From: a virus
Taxonomy: Duplodnaviria > Heunggongvirae > Uroviricota > Caudoviricetes
Strand: one strand, 5' to 3'
DNA length: 64,000 bases
Virus record (IMG/VR): IMGVR_UViG_3300043467_001216
Position 1 is the first letter of the stretch, and each line of letters begins with the position of its first letter. Below the pieces are notes generated by a model. It saw nothing but the letters and a program-made list of their open reading frames with translations, searched no databases and was not told the origin of the DNA. The translations under genes and the position numbers were made by a program. This document shows positions 16,641-26,398 of the stretch, in pieces.

Positions 16641-17334
16641 AGTTACCGTAGATATAAGTTGTTGGTTGATTAATATCCATTGCTGATTTAACAATGTCAG
16701 GAACTGATTGAAAAACTATTTCATCAGAATCATCTGAGAATTTATAATCAACTGACGACCCACCATCTAATAATATACCTTCAACCATACCTTGATTTTC
16801 GGCAAACTCAACAATTTCTCTAATAGTAACTAAACCAACTCTATTAGATGATATAATCATAATGTCCCCGTCACGATTTTCACCCATAATTGTTCTATAT
16901 GCGGTTTCATTAGCGTGTCTTGTATTAAGTAAACCTTCATTTTTAATACCGTTATCAATCGCCCAAAGAATACTTTGTGATGCGTAATCGGTCATTAAAG
17001 GACAAAACCCTGACGCTACGTGAGGTATGCCATTAACAACATAAAAATAACCACCACCACGTTGTCTTTTACTATGTCTTAAACGATTAATAACTACAAG
17101 ACCAATTGAGGTATTACTTTTAGTGAAAAAATTACTGTTAACATAAAAATCAGCATCACTTGGTTTTTCAGTTGAAACTCCAAAAGACATCTCATCTTTT
17201 TTAAGAATTAAAACGTTATAATTCTCATTTGATTGAATTTGAGACATATGAATTGATTTGGGTAATCCACATCCGACAATACTCATAATTAATAATCCTA
17301 CAATTACTAAAGAAAATTTATTTACATTTTTCAT
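16627..17334 (-). CDS. lipoprotein, phosphodiester glycosidase (NAGPA) family
   Basis: Lipobox IVGC; NSNFF, RTIMG, LLDGGSS. Confidence 0.8.
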   Translation of the reverse strand: MKNVNKFSLVIVGLLIMSIVGCGLPKSIHMSQIQSNENYNVLILKKDEMSFGVSTEKPSDADFYVNSNFFTKSNTSIGLVVINRLRHSKRQRGGGYFYVVNGIPHVASGFCPLMTDYASQSILWAIDNGIKNEGLLNTRHANETAYRTIMGENRDGDIMIISSNRVGLVTIREIVEFAENQGMVEGILLDGGSSVDYKFSDDSDEIVFQSVPDIVKSAMDINQPTTYIYGNFKNN

Positions 17335-17403
17335 AACACCAATATTTCTTACAAAGATAAATAAAGATTTGACAATACAAAAACCATTTATTATTATTTT
17401 TTT

Positions 17404-17748
17404 ATGAAAACAATTATAGCTGGAGGTAGAGATTTTGAAGATTATAATCTACTACGAGAAAAGTGTGATAAGTTGATTAATTCAAACCTAACAGAAATTG
17501 TTAGTGGTCGTGCTAAAGGTGCTGACACATTAGGTGAGAGATATGCCAAAGAACGAGGATTTGACGTTAAGTTGTTTCCTGCGGATTGGAAAACTCACGG
17601 AAGAAAAGCGGGGCATATTAGAAATAAACAAATGGCCGATTATGGTGAAATGTTGATAGCATTTTGGGATGGTAAAAGTAGTGGTACTAAAAATATGATT
17701 GAGAATGCCAATAAATTAGGATTAATAGTTCATATTGTTAATTACTAG
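17404..17748 (+). CDS. SLOG-family (DUF2493/YspA-like) protein
   Basis: IIAGGRDF, IVSGRAKGAD, FPADW..G..AG..RN, AFWDGKSSGT. Confidence 0.85.
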   Translation: MKTIIAGGRDFEDYNLLREKCDKLINSNLTEIVSGRAKGADTLGERYAKERGFDVKLFPADWKTHGRKAGHIRNKQMADYGEMLIAFWDGKSSGTKNMIENANKLGLIVHIVNY

Positions 17749-17760
17749 ATATTTATTAAT

Positions 17761-18066
17761 ATGATTAACGAAGAAATTGATAAAATTAAATATTTGTTCG
17801 GTTATAAACCCGGTGTGGTTATTAGTGAACAAACAACAGGTACAACAACACCCACGACGGGTACGACTACACCAGCAACAACACCACCTGCTGAGACTAA
17901 AATAACACAAAAAGACCTTGACAAATTAAGAGATTGTGCCGACTATAATTCAACAGGTTCTAAATCAACAAACAAACTTACTAAAGGTGAAGAAACTAAA
18001 GAATTTCTAGTCTTTAAAGGAAGTGACGGTAAACCGGCGTGTAAGAAACCTAAAGAGAAAAAATAA
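17761..18066 (+). CDS. hypothetical late protein
   Basis: INEEIDKIKYLFGY...VISEQ; Thr-rich; TATTTAT at 17750. Confidence 0.7.
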   Translation: MINEEIDKIKYLFGYKPGVVISEQTTGTTTPTTGTTTPATTPPAETKITQKDLDKLRDCADYNSTGSKSTNKLTKGEETKEFLVFKGSDGKPACKKPKEKK

Positions 18067-18128
18067 AATTTAATAGATAATAAGTTAAGAGGGGTTTTTA
18101 AATCCCTCTTTTTTTTTATATTTGTGGT

Positions 18129-18587
18129 ATGGAAAAAGTAAGAATATATTTAGATGATGTGAGAACACCGGTTGATAAAGATTGGTTAGTTGTTAGAAAT
18201 TTTCACGAGTTTATTAATTTGGTAAATAAAGTTGGTTTAACTAATATATCATTAATCTCATTGGACCACGATTTAGGTGATACTGCGATGAAAGAATACT
18301 TCAATAACGTATCTAAAAATTATAAATTAGATTATGAAAATATTGAGGAAAAAACCGGATATGATGCTGCTAAATGGTTAGTAACAGAATTTTACGAGAT
18401 AAACGAAAACCGTATTAATATGTCAAGATTTGATAAGAAACAAAAACCTATCAAATTTCCTGATGTTGTAGTTCACTCGGCAAATCCGATTGGGTCAGCA
18501 AACATTATGGGTTATATCAATAACTTCCTAATGAATGAGGGACAAGAACAAACTTGCGTTAGAGTTAAAATAGAACACACTGTTTAA
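18129..18587 (+). CDS. cyclic-phosphate processing receiver (cREC-like) domain protein
   Basis: IYLDDVRTP, ISLDHDLG, TGYDAAKWL, VHSANPIG. Confidence 0.8.
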   Translation: MEKVRIYLDDVRTPVDKDWLVVRNFHEFINLVNKVGLTNISLISLDHDLGDTAMKEYFNNVSKNYKLDYENIEEKTGYDAAKWLVTEFYEINENRINMSRFDKKQKPIKFPDVVVHSANPIGSANIMGYINNFLMNEGQEQTCVRVKIEHTV

Positions 18588-18609
18588 TTTTTTTTTATAT
18601 ATTAGCCTT

Positions 18610-19092
18610 ATGAACGTTTTTATATTAGATTTCGATGTTAAGAAATGTGCTGAATATCATTGTGATAAGCACGTAGTTAAAATGATACTTGAGACTGCAC
18701 AACTTTTATGTGGTGTTCATCACGTAATTGAGACTCAAACTGAGATACCTTATAGGTTATCTCATAAGAACCACCCAAGTGCGATATGGTCGAGAGAGTC
18801 GTTATCTAATTATCTATATTTGTGTGAGTTAGGTTTAGAGTTATGTTATGAATACACATACAGATATGGTAAACGTCATAAATCACAAGATGTTATTGAG
18901 TGGTGTTTAGATAAAAAACCAAATATCGTTGACAAAGGATTTACTGAACCCCCAAAGGCAATGCCTGACGAATATAAAGTTGACAGTGTTGTCGATTCGT
19001 ATAGAAATTATTATAAAGGAGCCAAATCAGGATTTGCGGTATGGAAAAACAGAGAAGTTCCTGAATGGTATAAAGAATTAGAATTAGTATGA
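18610..19092 (+). CDS. pyrimidine-dimer DNA glycosylase-like protein
   Basis: MNVFILD, CDKHVVKMILETAQLL, HKNHP, EYTYRYGKRH, AMPDEYK. Confidence 0.75.
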   Translation: MNVFILDFDVKKCAEYHCDKHVVKMILETAQLLCGVHHVIETQTEIPYRLSHKNHPSAIWSRESLSNYLYLCELGLELCYEYTYRYGKRHKSQDVIEWCLDKKPNIVDKGFTEPPKAMPDEYKVDSVVDSYRNYYKGAKSGFAVWKNREVPEWYKELELV

Positions 19093-19757
19093 TAAAAATT
19101 GAAAAAGATAGAAAAGGAAATTTACCTGATGTTTGGATAACATCAGATACTCACTACAATCACTCAAACATTTGTCGTGGGACTACTAATTGGAGAAAAC
19201 CTGATGGTTCAGTTCCAATCAAAGAAACTCGTGACTTCAAATCGTTGGATATAATGAACGATATGATTGTGGATAATATAAACCAATATGTTAAACAAGA
19301 TGATGTGTTAATTCACTTGGGTGATTGGTCATTTGGTGGTTTTGAATTCATTAGAAAATTCAGAGAAAGAATTATATGTAAAAACATACACTTAATTTTG
19401 GGTAACCACGACCACCACATTGAGAATAACAAAGAAAACATTCAATCGTTATTCTCAAGTGTTTCACAATATAACACATTGGTATTGGGTAAAATTAATA
19501 TTAGATTGTTTCACTACCCGATTGATTCTTGGAATGGATTGAATAAAGGTGAAATACATCTACACGGTCACTGTCACTTACCTAATGATATTAAATTAGG
19601 GAAAGGAAAACGAATGGATGTTGGTATGGACGGACATCCTGAATTTAGACCATACCACATTGTTGATGACATTCTACCAATAATGTCAAAACAACCAATT
19701 CATTCACATTTGGAACACGACCACCATACAGAAGAAATGTTAAACGTAGTAGGATAA
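19089..19757 (+). CDS. calcineurin-like metallophosphoesterase
   Basis: TSDTH, HLGD, GNHD, HYP, HGHCH. Confidence 0.9.
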   Translation: MIKIEKDRKGNLPDVWITSDTHYNHSNICRGTTNWRKPDGSVPIKETRDFKSLDIMNDMIVDNINQYVKQDDVLIHLGDWSFGGFEFIRKFRERIICKNIHLILGNHDHHIENNKENIQSLFSSVSQYNTLVLGKINIRLFHYPIDSWNGLNKGEIHLHGHCHLPNDIKLGKGKRMDVGMDGHPEFRPYHIVDDILPIMSKQPIHSHLEHDHHTEEMLNVVG

Positions 19758-19763
19758 AAGATT

Positions 19764-20114
19764 ATGGAAGATTACGACAAAAGAGATTTATTTTTAGAGT
19801 CTATCAAAATGTTAGAAGAACTAAGAAAAATACAAGAAGAAAACAAAGACAATAGAGTCAAAGAAATTGGTGATAGAGTTATTGTTTGGGATGGTAGTTA
19901 TAACATAGATAAAAACACCTCAAAACATCGTAGTGGTATTGATAAATTATTTCAAAACCCCGGTATTGTTATTCAAACAAACTGTGATATAAACCATTTT
20001 GAACCATTGATTGAAAAATTAGTGATTCTTGATTTATTGATTAGATTTGAAACGGGTGAAGAAGTATACACTAGTTCAGATATGGTTAAACGAATTGATA
20101 AAGATAATGTATGA
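19764..20114 (+). CDS. hypothetical protein
   Basis: 116 aa ORF in operon. Confidence 0.75.
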   Translation: MEDYDKRDLFLESIKMLEELRKIQEENKDNRVKEIGDRVIVWDGSYNIDKNTSKHRSGIDKLFQNPGIVIQTNCDINHFEPLIEKLVILDLLIRFETGEEVYTSSDMVKRIDKDNV

Positions 20115-20311
20115 AAAAATTTAATTACAAAAAATATCAGTTATTAGATTGTTTAGATGAAATATCATCAACACAAAAAATGATTGATTTACATAGTGAT
20201 AATTCAGATAGAATTAGTAATTTTATGATGTCTCAATATAGAGATATGAGAAAACAAAGTATTATAGAATTTAATAAAATATCATATGGAAAGAAAATTA
20301 GCAACGATTAG
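20111..20311 (+). CDS. hypothetical protein
   Basis: 66 aa; ATGA overlap with previous gene. Confidence 0.6.
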   Translation: MKKFNYKKYQLLDCLDEISSTQKMIDLHSDNSDRISNFMMSQYRDMRKQSIIEFNKISYGKKISND

Positions 20312-21320
20312 ACAAATTGACAACATCCAACCAATCGAAGGTGCGGATATGATTGAATTAGCAACCGTTGGGGGGTGGAAAGTCGTAGTTGCAAAAAATG
20401 TTAACCACAAAGTTGGGGATTTAGTTGTTTACTGTGAGATTGACTCTTTTTTACCAATCGAACCTGAGTTTGAATTTTTACGTAAAAGTTCTTACAAGAA
20501 AATGGCCGACGGTACTGAAGGTTTCAGATTAAAAACTATTAAATTAAGAGGACAAGTTTCTCAAGGTTTAATTTTACCATTAAAAGATGCTTACGAAGTT
20601 TTCAAAAGAAACACTCCCAATATAGATATGGATTGGTTTGAAGGTTTAGAAGTAACTGAAATGTTAAACATTGTAAAATACGAACCACCTGTTCCTGCAC
20701 AATTATCAGGACAAGTTAAAGGTATGTTCCCATCTTTTTTAAAGAAAACTGATGAGGAAAGAATTCAAAACTTGACAAGAGAGTTTGAAGGGTACAAGAA
20801 CGAAGTGTTTTATGTGACTGAAAAGTTAGATGGTTCTAGTGTAACTTACTACGTTAAAGACGGTGTGTTTGGTGTATGTTCTCGTAACTTAGATTTAGTT
20901 GAGAGTGAAGGTAACTCAATGTGGAAATTTGCAATCACAAGTGGATTAAAAGAACGTTTACTAGCGTTAGATAGAAACATTGCGGTCCAAGGGGAAATCA
21001 TTGGTGAGGGTATTCAAGGTAACCCATATAAAATCATCGGACAAACTGTTAGATTGTTTAATGGTTTTGATATTGATAAGTATGAATATTTATCTTTGGA
21101 TGATTTACTTAAATTATCTAAATGGTTAGAGGTAAAAACAGTTCCAATCTTAGATTTAGAATTTAGATTACCTGACACAATTGATGAGTTATTATCTTAT
21201 GCCGATAGTAAATCAGTATTGAATGAAAAGTTCGATAGAGAAGGAATTGTAATTCGTTCTCACGATAGAAAAATCAGTTTTAAGGTGATTTCTAATAAAT
21301 TTTTATTAAATGAAAAATGA
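20286..21320 (+). CDS. RNA ligase, Rnl2-like (DRB0094 family)
   Basis: RKLATI..I..I.PI.GAD N-domain; TEKLDGSS, QGEIIG, REGIV, SFKVIS. Confidence 0.9.
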   Translation: MERKLATIRQIDNIQPIEGADMIELATVGGWKVVVAKNVNHKVGDLVVYCEIDSFLPIEPEFEFLRKSSYKKMADGTEGFRLKTIKLRGQVSQGLILPLKDAYEVFKRNTPNIDMDWFEGLEVTEMLNIVKYEPPVPAQLSGQVKGMFPSFLKKTDEERIQNLTREFEGYKNEVFYVTEKLDGSSVTYYVKDGVFGVCSRNLDLVESEGNSMWKFAITSGLKERLLALDRNIAVQGEIIGEGIQGNPYKIIGQTVRLFNGFDIDKYEYLSLDDLLKLSKWLEVKTVPILDLEFRLPDTIDELLSYADSKSVLNEKFDREGIVIRSHDRKISFKVISNKFLLNEK

Positions 21321-22258
21321 AATTTTTAATATTTTTATTAATGTTATGTTTGTCTGTGGTTGTTCACGGGCAAACATATCTTGTTGACCAACACTTTTCA
21401 AATGTATCACCAACAGGGTGGTCGTCAACCTCTAATGTGTGGGTGTTTAACCGAAATGAGACGGCCACAGGTAATTATCGAGGTGTGTTTGACGCGACAA
21501 AATATTCGGCAAGATTTTCATCGGCAGCTAATGGTAATTCAATTTATATTTACATACCTATTAATTTTGTTAATAGTAATAGTTACACAATTACTTTTTA
21601 CACTAAAAGAGCCTGCTCAGTTACGGTTAACACTAATGAATTACCAAATCAAACAACATTATTAACAACTGATACTCAAACTAACTCAAACTGTAATTCA
21701 AATTGGAACACCTGGTATAAATGGTCATTTACTGTAGTTCCATCTTATACAGGTTCAGGTTATTTTCAAATATGGATTAAAACTGTGTATGGTGGTCCAA
21801 CATCGGTATATTTAGATGATTTATCAATATATGAGTCACCACCGGTATCCTTACCGATTGATTTGTTATACTTTAAAGGTAAACAAACTGAAGAAGGTAA
21901 TTTACTTGAATGGGCAACTGCAACTGAAACTAATAATCAATATTTTACAATCTATAAAACGTATTATCCAATTAATTGGAAAGAAATTGCTAAAGTTGAT
22001 GGTGTTGGAACTTCACCATTTCAACATTATTACAAGTATTTAGAAAGAGATTATTTTAATGACATTTCATATTATTATTTAACTCAAACCGATTTTGACG
22101 GTAAAACTAAAAATTTTGAAATTATATCTATAGACAATCGTAACATCACACCAGTATTAATTAAGATAACAAATCTTTTAGGTCAAGAAGTTACATTAGA
22201 TTCACCCGGTGTTAAATTTTTTCACTATTCAGACGGTACTATTATAAAAAGAATTTAG
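21317..22258 (+). CDS. secreted Bacteroidota-type protein (T9SS-cargo-like)
   Basis: Signal peptide; LPIDLLYF..LEWATATETNN..YYYLTQTDFDG Ig-like module; C-terminal NLLGQEV...YSDG. Confidence 0.75.
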   Translation: MKFLIFLLMLCLSVVVHGQTYLVDQHFSNVSPTGWSSTSNVWVFNRNETATGNYRGVFDATKYSARFSSAANGNSIYIYIPINFVNSNSYTITFYTKRACSVTVNTNELPNQTTLLTTDTQTNSNCNSNWNTWYKWSFTVVPSYTGSGYFQIWIKTVYGGPTSVYLDDLSIYESPPVSLPIDLLYFKGKQTEEGNLLEWATATETNNQYFTIYKTYYPINWKEIAKVDGVGTSPFQHYYKYLERDYFNDISYYYLTQTDFDGKTKNFEIISIDNRNITPVLIKITNLLGQEVTLDSPGVKFFHYSDGTIIKRI

Positions 22259-22270
22259 TATATTTGTTGT

Positions 22271-23326
22271 ATGAAAGCAACGTTAGAAAAATATTACAAC
22301 GATGGATTATTGTACAAACAAGTACATTCAACTTTACCATTAACTATATGGAATTACACTGAGAAAGTTCAGTTTGAAGACTTATGGGATGAGGTAACCT
22401 TGATGTGCCGTGGTTTAGTAACTGACGATAACGGTAATATAGTTGCAAGACCATTCAGAAAATTCTTCAATATGGAAGAAGGGAAACATACTTCAACTGA
22501 TGAATTCAAAGTCTATGAAAAAATGGATGGTTCATTGGGTATATTTTTCCACTATGAAGGTGAATGGGTGATGGCAACTCGTGGGTCATTTACTTCTGAC
22601 CAATCGGTAAAAGGTATGGAAATGTTATCTAAATACGACTACAACAAATTACATAAAGATTTCACTTACTTATTTGAAATAATATATTCTGACAACAGAA
22701 TAGTTTGTTCTTATGATTTTGAAGATGTTGTTTTACTTGGTGCGGTAAACACTAAAGACGATTACGAAGTTAGTTTACACGGTGACTCAGATATAAGAAT
22801 ACAAAACTTAGTGAAAAACATAGGTCTTAATGTAGTTAAACGTTATGATGGTATATCAGACTATTCAGTGTTAAAAGAGATGGTTAGAGACGATGCTGAG
22901 GGGTTTATAGTTCACTTCTCAAATGGTAATAGAATGAAAGTTAAAGGTGTTGAATACTTACGTCTACACAAAATAATGACTAACGTATCAACTACTGGTA
23001 TATGGGAATGTTTAAAAAATGGTGATGATGTTTTAGAATTGATGAAAGAAGTTCCTGACGAATTCTACAAAAAAATAAAATCTTACGTTAAAGACTTGAG
23101 ATACGCTCACTACTCAATATCCGAATACTGTGGTAAAATGCACGACGGATTTAGATACGGAAAATATGGTGACGTTGACCCTGAACCATCTAAGAAAGAA
23201 TACGCAGAGTTTGTTATGAAAAACATAAAAGAAGGTCTTAGAGGTGTAATGTTTCAGATGTGGGATAAAAAAGATTACGATGAAACTATATGGAAACTAA
23301 TAAGACCGGAATTCAAAAAGTTATAA
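22271..23326 (+). CDS. RNA ligase 1 (T4 Rnl1-like)
   Basis: CRGLV, ARPFRKFFN, EKMDGSLG, TRGSF, FEII, EGFIV, KVKG..Y. Confidence 0.9.
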   Translation: MKATLEKYYNDGLLYKQVHSTLPLTIWNYTEKVQFEDLWDEVTLMCRGLVTDDNGNIVARPFRKFFNMEEGKHTSTDEFKVYEKMDGSLGIFFHYEGEWVMATRGSFTSDQSVKGMEMLSKYDYNKLHKDFTYLFEIIYSDNRIVCSYDFEDVVLLGAVNTKDDYEVSLHGDSDIRIQNLVKNIGLNVVKRYDGISDYSVLKEMVRDDAEGFIVHFSNGNRMKVKGVEYLRLHKIMTNVSTTGIWECLKNGDDVLELMKEVPDEFYKKIKSYVKDLRYAHYSISEYCGKMHDGFRYGKYGDVDPEPSKKEYAEFVMKNIKEGLRGVMFQMWDKKDYDETIWKLIRPEFKKL

Positions 23327-23384
23327 AAGTGGGGAAACCCACTTTTTTTTATAACCTAACTATTTATATGATATAGAAAATCAT

Positions 23385-24038
23385 ATGAAATTAGAATTTC
23401 CATTAGAAAAAAAATTCCCATTAGGTTCAGGTTTTGGTCCGAGAGGTTCTTTAGCCGGTGGTCGTATAAAAGCTCACAATCATAAGGGGCAAGATATTGC
23501 AGCACCGACAGGAACTAAAGTTAAATCAGTTGATGATGGTGTGGTTGTTAGGTCATCACCTGTTGCTCAAGGTGGTGGGTATGGTAATTTTATTGTTATT
23601 AAACATAAAGATTTTTATAGTGCCTATGGTCACTTATCAAAAAGAGAAGTTAATAAAGGTGATACGGTTAAAAAAGGTCAATTAATTGGTTTAGTTGGTA
23701 GCACAGGTTTATCAACAGGTCCACATTTACATTTTGAAATACGTAAATCTGAAAATGGGTCTCAAATAGACCCAAAACCATATTTGACAGGTAGCGAACT
23801 TTCATCAACCATTTTAGGGAAAGAAACTAATGATGAAAAAACTGACGGTGAAAAACCTGATGATGAAAAACCTGATGATGAAAAAACTAACAGTGAAATA
23901 GAAAAACCTGAAGAACCTGAAGACTACGGATTAATGGGTCAATTATTAAAAATGGTAGGGTTTAAAGAAAATTACACAACAGAAAATCAAAATACCATTA
24001 TGGAAGATATTAAACGTATTAAACAATTACTAAAATGA
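23385..24038 (+). CDS. M23 family peptidase
   Basis: HKGQDIAAP.GT, YGN, YGHL, G.VG.TG.STGPHLHFE. Confidence 0.92.
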   Translation: MKLEFPLEKKFPLGSGFGPRGSLAGGRIKAHNHKGQDIAAPTGTKVKSVDDGVVVRSSPVAQGGGYGNFIVIKHKDFYSAYGHLSKREVNKGDTVKKGQLIGLVGSTGLSTGPHLHFEIRKSENGSQIDPKPYLTGSELSSTILGKETNDEKTDGEKPDDEKPDDEKTNSEIEKPEEPEDYGLMGQLLKMVGFKENYTTENQNTIMEDIKRIKQLLK

Positions 24039-24727
24039 TAAAGTTCGATAACTTAACCAATAGTTCAAACCCTAATGGTGATTATTCACTTAAAACTAAA
24101 AAATCGGTAATTCAATCAAAAAGTATGGGTAAATTATTTTGTCCGTATGATGGTGTTGTTATTGGTACGTACAGTACTAATTGTTCCGGATATTTGTTAA
24201 TTGGTCATAAAATTAATAACGATATGTATTATTCAGAATTTTGTGGTATTCCAAAAGTATTTGTTGGTAAAAATGATACGATTAGAAAAGGTCAAACTAT
24301 TGGATATTTTTTAAATGATACTGATAATGTTGAATACACATTATATAGTTTAAATCATAATAAACTTGACCCAAGACCATTTTTTAAAGGATTTAGTGTT
24401 AAAAATACAACACCAAATAACACCACATCAAATAACACACCTAACTATTCTACACCTAAAAAACAGTCAAAAGAAAAAAAATCATCAAATGATGATAAGG
24501 ATGATTATAAAGAAAGAAATGTTGTACCAGCCGATAATAATCTATTTTTGAGTTTAGCGTTATCACCATTTGACTTTATTAGTAAACAAACAAAAAAAAT
24601 AGCCAAAAATGCTGGTAAAGAAATTAAAAAATCAGCAAAAGGTATTTTCGATTTTAAAACCACTAAGAATAAAGAAGATGAAGAAACTCTTAACGAAGAT
24701 ATTAAAAGAATCAAAAAATTATTGTAA
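24035..24727 (+). CDS. degenerate M23-like protein
   Basis: PYDGVV, V..NDTIRKGQTIG, LDP; lacks HxxxD/HxH. Confidence 0.65.
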   Translation: MIKFDNLTNSSNPNGDYSLKTKKSVIQSKSMGKLFCPYDGVVIGTYSTNCSGYLLIGHKINNDMYYSEFCGIPKVFVGKNDTIRKGQTIGYFLNDTDNVEYTLYSLNHNKLDPRPFFKGFSVKNTTPNNTTSNNTPNYSTPKKQSKEKKSSNDDKDDYKERNVVPADNNLFLSLALSPFDFISKQTKKIAKNAGKEIKKSAKGIFDFKTTKNKEDEETLNEDIKRIKKLL

Positions 24728-24786
24728 CCACCTGTTGACTGTTCAAGATTAAATATTTAGATTTGTAGAGTAATTAAAATTTAAAT

Positions 24787-24954
24787 ATGGAAAACGAAAC
24801 AAACCCAATTGAATTAATCTATTCTTATAAGAATAACAAAGGTGGTGTATTATTCACACCTAACGCTAAATTAGCTGAGGCTAGAGCGTATTACTTCGGA
24901 ACTGACGATGTTTACGCACACAAAGTAGATACATTGTTATCTGAAAACAACTAA
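24787..24954 (+). CDS. small hypothetical protein (55 aa)
   Basis: MENETNPIELIYSYKNNKGGVLFTPN...; preceded by TAGATTTG 24758. Confidence 0.65.
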   Translation: MENETNPIELIYSYKNNKGGVLFTPNAKLAEARAYYFGTDDVYAHKVDTLLSENN

Positions 24955-24972
24955 AAAAGTTTTAAAAAAGAC

Positions 24973-25047
24973 TTGACAAATCAAAAAGAAAGTCTTAAAT
25001 TTGTAAAACAAAATCGGAAAAGTCCGAAAGAGTTCTTTGAAAAATTG
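24973..25047 (+). promoter_or_regulatory. sigma-A promoter plus boxA-like element for the large ncRNA
   Basis: TTGA 24973; TAAATTTG 24996-25003; GTTCTTTGA 25032. Confidence 0.7.
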
Positions 25048-25926
25048 AATTATCCGTTCAGAATGTTTGATGATGAGACCCTTGTGGTTGATTTTGAGTA
25101 ACAAACTGATAAAGATATTTGGCCGTGTATGGTCATTAAATAAACTACGAAAGTAGGATAAAGTGGACCCCCAAGTGTAACGGGTCTGCGTCTTGGGAAA
25201 CTGAGGTCGAGTACACAAGCGGGATACCGTATAACCTTTAGTATCGAGGTCAACGATGTAGAGAAAGTGGTTATATGATTTGGTGATGTGGGTCATCAAA
25301 TTGAGGTGGGAACACCAATAGGAATAACTCGTAGGAATTATGTGAGAAATAGTGTTATCCGATATTATTATTACGAGTTCCAATATAAGAGGTGACTTAA
25401 AACCGAAAGGTATGAAAACAAACAGGTGGTGCTGACATTTTCCTTGATTATTCTTTACCAAAAGAATTTTCTCGAAGTAATCTTAAAATATTGAGGTAGG
25501 GATACTTCACAGAGTAGTTTGGTATTTCGTTGTTCAAAAGACGACGAATCTAAAAGACGGACCACTACTTTGATTCATCCACAACACAAAAACTTTAATT
25601 TACAAGGTTAATGTAAAAATTAAATTATAAATTTAAGCAAAAGTGTTCGTCAGGTAATAGTGAAAGGTGACTACATAGTAATGAGCAGTTCATTGCCTAG
25701 GAAGACCGCAAGTCGACCTAAATTCTTACCAAAAACCTCTAATCTCGCAAGGATTAATTGGGAAGGCATTCTCGAAGAGAGTTGAGTAATGAGAGAGTAA
25801 CTATTATCTCAAGGAGTGGTTCACCTAAAAAACCGTCACTGAGGAATACTTCTCAAAAGGAAGTGGATAAGAAGGGAAACAATAATCCTTCAAAAGGTTC
25901 TCAATAATACGTATAATCTCAGCGTT
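25048..25926 (+). ncRNA. large ornate ncRNA, GOLLD-like (~880 nt)
   Basis: No long plus-strand ORF; raised GC; many GNRA hairpins (CTAC-GAAA-GTAG, ACC-GAAA-GGT, GCAA loops); own promoter/boxA; next to a tRNA. Family inferred from size and context; ends approximate. Confidence 0.65.
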
Positions 25927-25937
25927 TTTTTATATAT

Positions 25938-26010
25938 AGCAGGGGGGAGGTAAGGTATCTCATCGGTCTCATAAGCCGACCCAAGCTGGTTCGATTCCGG
26001 TCCGTTGCTA
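25938..26010 (+). tRNA. tRNA-CAT (Met or Ile2), bulged acceptor stem
   Basis: TCGGT-CTCATAA-GCCGA; GCTGG-TTCGATT-CCGGT. Confidence 0.8.
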
Positions 26011-26019
26011 CGATACAAT

Positions 26020-26046
26020 AAGGGAAAGTTATCTTTCCCTTTTTTT
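26020..26046 (+). terminator. intrinsic terminator
   Basis: AGGGAAAG-TTAT-CTTTCCCT followed by T run. Confidence 0.85.
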
Positions 26047-26073
26047 GTTTCATAAACTTTTAATCTTAAAAAT

Positions 26074-26334
26074 ATGGAAACAGTTTATTTTGGTTTAGGG
26101 GCTCTAACGGTGATGGTTGTAATATTAATTACAGTTGTTGTTATAGGTGCAATTAGGTTAAAGAATGTTCTACAAGATTTACGTGAAGAACGTGAAGTTA
26201 GGAGACATGTTAATGATGATTTTAGACGTGATATTGAGAATATCTATAGAAACATCCAAGATGAGGTCTCAGGGTTAAATCGACAAATAGATAGTCGATA
26301 CGACCAATTAAGAAATTACGTTGATAAGAAGTAA
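26074..26334 (+). CDS. single-TM coiled-coil protein
   Basis: N-terminal hydrophobic helix then coiled coil. Confidence 0.75.
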   Translation: METVYFGLGALTVMVVILITVVVIGAIRLKNVLQDLREEREVRRHVNDDFRRDIENIYRNIQDEVSGLNRQIDSRYDQLRNYVDKK

Positions 26335-26398
26335 TTAAAACCACCATAATTGGTGGTTTTTTTTTTTCTATAACATATTTATTAATAAAATTAAATTT

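Noticed and set aside
24937-25461. Minus-strand ORFs over the large ncRNA
   Set aside because: No recognisable motifs, atypical composition, and antisense to a promoter/boxA-driven structured RNA.
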